This document shows, piece after piece, positions 53,759 through 59,311 of a stretch of 59,311 nt of DNA. Made by a program: the position numbers and the translations under genes. Each line of letters starts with the position of its first letter. Position 1 is the first letter of the stretch. The notes below the pieces were generated by a model. It was not told where the DNA came from and did not search any database. It worked only from the letters and a program-made list of their open reading frames with translations. The stretch covers positions 1-59,311 of the forward strand of contig CAZDGL010000005.1 in NCBI GenBank assembly GCA_964505155.1, read 5' to 3'. This DNA comes from an uncultured Candidatus Saccharibacteria bacterium (GTDB taxonomy: Bacteria > Patescibacteriota > Minisyncoccia > Phycocordibacterales > UBA9973).

Positions 53759-55471
53759 TTACATCATTTTGTATATATCTGAAAGCTTGGTTCTTGGTGT
53801 GATTTTTAAGCCCACACTTTCAAAATATCCCATAATTGTCGACATATAAGATGTATTATGTCTAGCCCCTGTAGAGTATATAGCAAGATATTGGCAAATA
53901 CTTCCGTCGTATATAAAGTTTAAAGGAGGATATCTTTTGTTGTCGTCTCCTATCCCTCCAGGAGTTTTAACGACACGACCAATTTTATAATTTTTGTCAC
54001 CCTGTAAATCTGCCTGTGCTTTTATCCCTGCATCTAGTGTAGGAAAACATCGTATTCCAGCACTGCTACAAGTCCAGTTTTTTGGTGCTATATCAGTATT
54101 ACCTATATTCCCCGGGTTGTTGGTTTTAAACGATTTTGTGGTTGGGTAAAAACCTTCCACCATTGTCTGAACAGTCATAAGTGCCTTTGTTCCTTTTGGT
54201 ATATTTGGAAGCGCTCTGTCTTGCGCAGGTATATAGTCAGATTTTATATATTTATAAGCTTTTCCAGAAAAATTTATTTTTGCAGGCTTTATATTTTCGT
54301 CACATGAAGCACCTTCCGGACCAATTTTTTCAAAAGAAACCTCGTTGTTTCCATAGTTAATACCAAGCTCTTTAAATGCTGTTGCCTCAAACTCCGCCAC
54401 CCCAATACTAAAATCATTATTCACCAACCTAGGGTTTATGGTATTTAGTATCACATAAGATGCTAAGGCAAATATCAGTCCAAGCAAAGCATCTCTAAAT
54501 CCACCTTTAAGTTTTGCTTTAACAAAAGGTACATCGGTTAGCATATAGCCATAACCAGTTATGATTATCCTCACCACCAAAATAACTGCCGCTATACCTA
54601 TAATGAGCTTCAAAATGAAGTTCAAAAAAGCATTGATATCACATATCTCCCCTGGATTTGATTGCTGTCTTAGTTTACAAAGCTCAGGATCAAGCAGCGC
54701 AGTCATCCCTGGAATCGGTGCCAAAAGCCTATAGCTGTTACTATCATAAAAATTATCAGCCTCTTTACCTGTTTCTGGGATAACTCCCTTTTTTATATTA
54801 AAATCATAGCTCTTTGTGGTCGACACACCCTTATCACTTTCAAATGTTAGGTTTGCCAGATACCAACCATTTGGATCAAAAGAATTGTTAATCACTAAAA
54901 AGCGGTATTCACCTTTTTCATCAACAGTTACAGGATTCCCTAATCCCATGATTTTCTCACCTGTCTTTTTAGTGGTTATATCGCCAGAGACTTTGATAGA
55001 AGAGTACGGAACAAGGCTGTTTTCTGCATGCTTTTTTATATCTATATTCCCATAAAATCCATATGTACCAGTGTTTTGTTTTTCAAGATTAAAATTCCCC
55101 AGAGAGATAGTCGAATACTCAGTATTTATCTTGATATTTTCAGTCAAGAAGACCTTTGAAGAAGTATCAAAAATTCTAACATAATAAACAATTGCCGGGT
55201 CTAAAGTCTTCTTTGTTTGCCAAGATGTTTTTTGTGATAGTCCTGAGAGCTTTGGTTCTAGTCCAGGTGCTATTACTAGGCTTGGCGGTATTGCAGATAT
55301 CTCTTTGTCTGAAATCATCGGTTGAACAACCGCTGAATTTGTCGAGGTATATGAAATACTTATATTCTCACCCACCGCAAAAGCTTCTAGGCTAGATGTT
55401 TGAGCAAGAGTTTCTCTATGAACCCCAAAGAGTACCAAGAAAACAACGATAGCTGAAAATATTTTCCTCAT
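53759..55471 (-). CDS. Paralog with identical first ~361 aa and a different, lysozyme-like C-terminal domain
   Basis: Same N-terminus to GVAEF; then VEGFY...TNNPGNI motif; hydrolase activity is inferred. Confidence 0.75.
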   Translation of the reverse strand: MRKIFSAIVVFLVLFGVHRETLAQTSSLEAFAVGENISISYTSTNSAVVQPMISDKEISAIPPSLVIAPGLEPKLSGLSQKTSWQTKKTLDPAIVYYVRIFDTSSKVFLTENIKINTEYSTISLGNFNLEKQNTGTYGFYGNIDIKKHAENSLVPYSSIKVSGDITTKKTGEKIMGLGNPVTVDEKGEYRFLVINNSFDPNGWYLANLTFESDKGVSTTKSYDFNIKKGVIPETGKEADNFYDSNSYRLLAPIPGMTALLDPELCKLRQQSNPGEICDINAFLNFILKLIIGIAAVILVVRIIITGYGYMLTDVPFVKAKLKGGFRDALLGLIFALASYVILNTINPRLVNNDFSIGVAEFEATAFKELGINYGNNEVSFEKIGPEGASCDENIKPAKINFSGKAYKYIKSDYIPAQDRALPNIPKGTKALMTVQTMVEGFYPTTKSFKTNNPGNIGNTDIAPKNWTCSSAGIRCFPTLDAGIKAQADLQGDKNYKIGRVVKTPGGIGDDNKRYPPLNFIYDGSICQYLAIYSTGARHNTSYMSTIMGYFESVGLKITPRTKLSDIYKMM

Positions 55472-55521
55472 TATTACTTTATTGTACTATGATTAAAAAG
55501 AAAGAGTGAATGATTTTTTGA
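54387..55521. repeat. 1135-bp direct repeat, copy B
   Basis: Includes the last 29 bp of the upstream 55493 gene. Confidence 0.95.
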
Positions 55522-56434
55522 TGGTTTGAAGCTTTTCTTTTATGGAAGACACAGATATTTCAAGAGAGCTTTGACCTGAATTGTCTGGTTTTGCTATTGG
55601 GAGTTCTTGGGGTAATATTTCGCCCTCAAAGATTTGTCCTTCAATATTAAACTTTATATCTAAACTCTCTAGGATACTTTTGTTTACGTTTATGTTGTAG
55701 GGCTCAGCTCTTAGAGTTATTCCTTCTGTATTTAGGGGTATTAAGCTAGAGAAACCGTTTGCGTAGTCTATAAAACCGTTGCTTTTTGGATATAAGACAA
55801 CGTCTGGATACCTAAGTGTGAGTGAGACACTGTTTTCTCCTTCAAAAGTTCCACCACTTACATTGGCTGAGAAAGATTCGTTGCCACTAAGAGCATCGGT
55901 TTTTATTGTTATAGAGTCTTTGTTTGTACCAGAGAGGCCCTTTAGTACAGTACCGTTGTGACTCCATGAATATGAAAGATTTTTGAGCCCCCCAACACTA
56001 GGCATAGCCACTGCTTTTATTTTTGATCCAACTGAAGCTAGAGACTTACCTTTATAAAAAGGATGAGTATAGGAATCTACCGCTTCCCAAATAACATCAA
56101 GCTCAGAAGAGCTAATAACAATACTTGTTTCTGAGTTTATACTCCCTCCAAAAATCCTAACCAAAAGAGGTAGTTTTTGACCAAAGCCAGGAGAAGTGAT
56201 CTTAACCTCTGTTTTTCCTGTGCCAGAGGCTATGAGTTTGTCGCCGTAATACCAAGAAATACTTGTTCGACTGAGGTCAACCCCGAAACTTTCAACTGTT
56301 GCTGAGACTATTTGTCCAGGTTTTGGATTGTTTGGATACAGTGAAATACTTATATCTTCAGGCAGTATCTGAGCAAAAGAGGTTTCTGTTATAAAAAGTA
56401 GGCTAAAAAATAAAGTTATAAATATTTTTTTCAT
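55493..56434 (-). CDS. Secreted beta-rich (Ig-like) protein of the VirB4 locus
   Basis: Signal peptide, PNNPKPGQ.V.A.V, Y.GK.LA, YSW..NG. Confidence 0.75.
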   Translation of the reverse strand: MKKIFITLFFSLLFITETSFAQILPEDISISLYPNNPKPGQIVSATVESFGVDLSRTSISWYYGDKLIASGTGKTEVKITSPGFGQKLPLLVRIFGGSINSETSIVISSSELDVIWEAVDSYTHPFYKGKSLASVGSKIKAVAMPSVGGLKNLSYSWSHNGTVLKGLSGTNKDSITIKTDALSGNESFSANVSGGTFEGENSVSLTLRYPDVVLYPKSNGFIDYANGFSSLIPLNTEGITLRAEPYNINVNKSILESLDIKFNIEGQIFEGEILPQELPIAKPDNSGQSSLEISVSSIKEKLQTIKKSFTLSF

Positions 56435-56466
56435 TACGTAGTTAATTATACCATCAAGGCTTCTGT

Positions 56467-58305
56467 TTAAAGAGATCCCTGGCTTTCACGAAACTCCTGC
56501 TTGGCTCTTTTGATAGAGAGGACTTGGGATGGGTCAGAAGTTATGATTTGATCTTCAGTATAAGAGGCTATGATTTTGATAGCGACATGTTTGAGTCCAG
56601 CAAAAAATATCCCTTCACCGACACCACTTTCTAGGAGTAGGTACTTTTCTTCATCTGTTAGATTGAAGGTCTTTTGGAGGACATCTATAGTACTTGGAGA
56701 TTGTTTGAGTAAAAGCTGAATAGAAGAGTTGGTGACGATAGGCACTCCATAGGGGCTTTTCATAAAGTCCCCCACGTCTTGGGTGATAGTACAAAGACCC
56801 AAGAAGTATTTTCGACCTCTTTTGGCGATAGAGTACAAGAAAGAAGCAGTGTCATCACTTTTCATCATCCACCAAGCCTCATCCACCACCAACAGCCTTT
56901 TTTTGAGTTCTTTACGAATAGCATTCCAGATGAAGTGCGTAACGATATACATCGCTGCTGGTTTAAGGTCATCCTCCATATCTCGTACTGAGAAAACTAC
57001 AAACTTTTTGTTGATATCGACGTTAGTTGGTTGGTTGATGAAACTTGCCCAAGAACCTTTGGTGTATTTAGAAAGTCTTTGGAGGATAGATTCGCTCCCT
57101 TCCATACCACCGAGTACCATTTCAAAGTCTGAAAGAAGTGGTGGTTCGATAGTTGCAAAATCAGAGTCGATATTTATGTCTTTGAGTGAATAGGTCTCGG
57201 TGATAGCTCTATCGATGATCGAGTCTTCCTCTGGTGTAAGGCCACCAAGCATGATTCTAAAAAGTCCAACTAGGTTTATGATATTGCTTCGCAAAACGTC
57301 AGCTGGTGCCTCGTCTTCTCGTGGTTTTGGTAGGTCAAAAGGATTGATGTGGTGATCAGAAGAAAGAGAGATGTTGAAGTACCTTCCCCCTACTGCTTCA
57401 GCAAGGTATTCATATTCTCTCTCTGGATCGATAACTATGACATCAGTATCAAACATAAGTGTTCTGATGATCTCGAGTTTGGTAGCGTAGCTTTTACCAG
57501 CTCCACTTTTTGCAAAGATGATAGAGTTGTAATTCTCAAGTGAAAACCTATCAAAGATAACCAAAGAAGAGTTGTGTCTGTTGACCCCGTATAAAATACC
57601 TGTCTCTGAGGTTAGGTCAAAAGAAACAAAAGGAAACAAACTAGAAAGGGGCTCGGAGTTTAGTTTTTGGGTAACATTGATAGTGTCTTTACCTAGCGGA
57701 GAAACACTTTTGAAGCCGTCTTCTTGTTGAAAGAGTGTTGGCTTCAAATAGATAAGCTTTGATTCTAAGATTGAACGTATTTCGCTTTCGGCTCTGAAAA
57801 GTTCGGTGTCATTTTCTCCGTAAATACTGATATAAAGCCCGACAGAAAACATTTTCTCTTGGGCTTGGGTTAGATTGTCACGGAGTTCTTCTAGGTCTTG
57901 AAAGGCAGTATCAAGCATCGGATCTCGCACCAATCCTTTTTGTTGTCTGACCATAATCTGGCTTTCTACCTCAGCTATCTTTTTTTGGAATTGTTTTAGG
58001 AGCTCTGAGGTTTCTATCGGAGTTATATAAATAGCCACATCAAATATTTTGTCGAGATTGATGATGGGTGTAAACCAGTTGTCGTTGAGATATCTAGGAT
58101 AAGAAATAACAAAAAATGTTCTAACGATTTTGTCGCCTATGTGTATAGATTTGGAGGTTATTTCTATAGCTGAAGGGGCGATATTGTCAGAGAGCTCCAT
58201 TGTAGCCCAAGAATAAGCCTCTTCTGGAAGAACGGGAAGGTTTTTTGCGCCACCAATAAAGCTAGTTGGGGTTTGTGTTTTTTTGCCTGAGCCAAATAGT
58301 CCCAT
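56467..58305 (-). CDS. VirB4/TraC-like ATPase
   Basis: AKSGAGKSY Walker A, IDPEREY, INPFD, LVVDEAW, KRGRKY, ITQD. Confidence 0.92.
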   Translation of the reverse strand: MGLFGSGKKTQTPTSFIGGAKNLPVLPEEAYSWATMELSDNIAPSAIEITSKSIHIGDKIVRTFFVISYPRYLNDNWFTPIINLDKIFDVAIYITPIETSELLKQFQKKIAEVESQIMVRQQKGLVRDPMLDTAFQDLEELRDNLTQAQEKMFSVGLYISIYGENDTELFRAESEIRSILESKLIYLKPTLFQQEDGFKSVSPLGKDTINVTQKLNSEPLSSLFPFVSFDLTSETGILYGVNRHNSSLVIFDRFSLENYNSIIFAKSGAGKSYATKLEIIRTLMFDTDVIVIDPEREYEYLAEAVGGRYFNISLSSDHHINPFDLPKPREDEAPADVLRSNIINLVGLFRIMLGGLTPEEDSIIDRAITETYSLKDINIDSDFATIEPPLLSDFEMVLGGMEGSESILQRLSKYTKGSWASFINQPTNVDINKKFVVFSVRDMEDDLKPAAMYIVTHFIWNAIRKELKKRLLVVDEAWWMMKSDDTASFLYSIAKRGRKYFLGLCTITQDVGDFMKSPYGVPIVTNSSIQLLLKQSPSTIDVLQKTFNLTDEEKYLLLESGVGEGIFFAGLKHVAIKIIASYTEDQIITSDPSQVLSIKRAKQEFRESQGSL

Positions 58306-58370
58306 GTTACCTTTTATTATACTACAAGGAGACCGTAAAGTTGAAAGTTACAAAGCCAAAACTTAAACAA

Positions 58371-59006
58371 TTATTTTTCTTGAGCGTGTGAAGTAGTCTC
58401 TCCAGGGTTAAATGTTTTGTACAGAAGCTCAATAACTTCTTGTGTTCCAAGCTGTGCTACTCGCAAACCAAGTCTTGATAGACCTTGCTCTATGACACCT
58501 ACACGCTCTTCGAGCTGAGTGCGCTCCTCTTCAAAATCAGCAGTTTGTTCACTCTGGTTTTCTTTTTTACCAAAGAAAGAAAATATCTTACTTAGTCCCC
58601 CGCCTTGACTTAAAACCGGTGGAATATAAGGAATAACCACAAAGAAACTCTTGCGCATTACATTTACTTGTTCTGTAAAACTTCGGATGAATTCTATGTA
58701 CTCTTGAGTCTGGACTCGCAAGAGTGGCTCTGTTTGAGCTTGAACTCTTTTTTCTAGGGTTAGTATATAAGGGCGGACATCATATCTACGAGACTGGATG
58801 ACTATTTGTATAGGGAAATCTAGCGTATTTAGGAAGCTTTGAAACTGAGAAAGTGTCGCCCTTTGTTCATCGTAGGATTTGAGGGAAAGGTTGATAGATG
58901 AGACCAGTACCACTGTCGCTAGGGTACCATCTTTAAGAACCACGACACCATCGCGGACTTCTTTTACAGGAACGAATTGTTGGGTTGGGCTACTTGATGG
59001 GGCCAT
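58371..59006 (-). CDS. Conserved protein between PrgI and VirB4, resembling a split N-terminal part of a VirB4/TraE module
   Basis: TQQFVP..EVRDGVV.LKDG, SSINL.LKS.DEQ, QIVIQSR; position in the locus. Confidence 0.75.
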   Translation of the reverse strand: MAPSSSPTQQFVPVKEVRDGVVVLKDGTLATVVLVSSINLSLKSYDEQRATLSQFQSFLNTLDFPIQIVIQSRRYDVRPYILTLEKRVQAQTEPLLRVQTQEYIEFIRSFTEQVNVMRKSFFVVIPYIPPVLSQGGGLSKIFSFFGKKENQSEQTADFEEERTQLEERVGVIEQGLSRLGLRVAQLGTQEVIELLYKTFNPGETTSHAQEK

Positions 59007-59008
59007 GG

Positions 59009-59311
59009 TTATTTTTTAGGATCAATGACGTCGAGACTCCAAGACAGTGTCTTGAGCTTACTCTCAGAAAGTGTAGCACGAAGTGGAGACTCTGTTTTTG
59101 ATTGCTCAGGGCTTGAGACTTTGTTTTTTTGTTTTTTCCAAAGATAAAGTCGTGACTTTAGATAATACCTAACAAAAGCTTCCAAGATATGAGCAAAAGG
59201 TTTTTGATTTACTTTTACAAAAGCCAAAGAAAGCGCTAGTCCAGCGAGTGCTGGCACCAAAAACAAAGAAACAAAACCAGGTAAAAGCTTGATAGAGATA
59301 TAACAAAGCCC
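59009..59311 (-). CDS. PrgI family membrane protein (5' end outside the window)
   Basis: Frame open to the window edge; TM helices then FVKVNQKPF....AFV.Y....RLYLWKK. Confidence 0.75.
   Translation of the reverse strand, partial: GLCYISIKLLPGFVSLFLVPALAGLALSLAFVKVNQKPFAHILEAFVRYYLKSRLYLWKKQKNKVSSPEQSKTESPLRATLSESKLKTLSWSLDVIDPKK

Noticed and set aside
53031-55395. Identical ORF pairs 53031/54816 and 53407/55192
   Set aside because: By-products of the 1135-bp duplication, not separate genes
1537-57543. Numerous antisense or alternate-frame ORFs nested in long genes (e.g. 5766-6161, 13170-13721, 16035-16511, 56783-57193)
   Set aside because: Fully overlapped by well-supported genes; expected antisense open frames
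1-59311. Alternative genetic code (UGA = Gly, as in Gracilibacteria/Absconditabacteria)
   Set aside because: Conserved genes are full length under the standard code and UGA serves as a stop (e.g. the ATGA overlap at 10695-10698)

Overview
59.3-kb low-GC chromosomal segment of a Patescibacteria/CPR genome, most consistent with Parcubacteria (inferred from gene content and compact gene forms; standard code, TGA used as stop). It holds housekeeping genes (rplK-nusG-secE, pheST, polA, tyrS, ruvA, ruvBC, rplS, rpsT), the dnaN-dnaA/rpmH-rnpA-yidD-yidC origin region, seven tRNAs, scattered type IV pilus genes, disulfide/redox genes, and a PrgI/VirB4-like membrane locus cut by the window edge. I found no rRNA, CRISPR array, integrase or transposase. 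Most of the unexplained structure is non-coding or below the ORF cutoff. (1) A tRNA-associated element family has a shared core, while its ends are copies of the 3' end of whichever tRNA it follows. (2) A 109/110-bp MITE has, in both copies, inserted exactly on a start codon and duplicated it. (3) A 1135-bp near-identical direct repeat gives two pilin-anchored proteins with the same N-terminus but different predicted cell-wall hydrolase C-termini. (4) A structured ncRNA candidate lies next to an unannotated Cys-rich 41-aa ORF. (5) A stand-alone RNA polymerase alpha-CTD gene is wedged between pheS and pheT. All annotation is by eye from the sequence; novelty cannot be confirmed without database searches.
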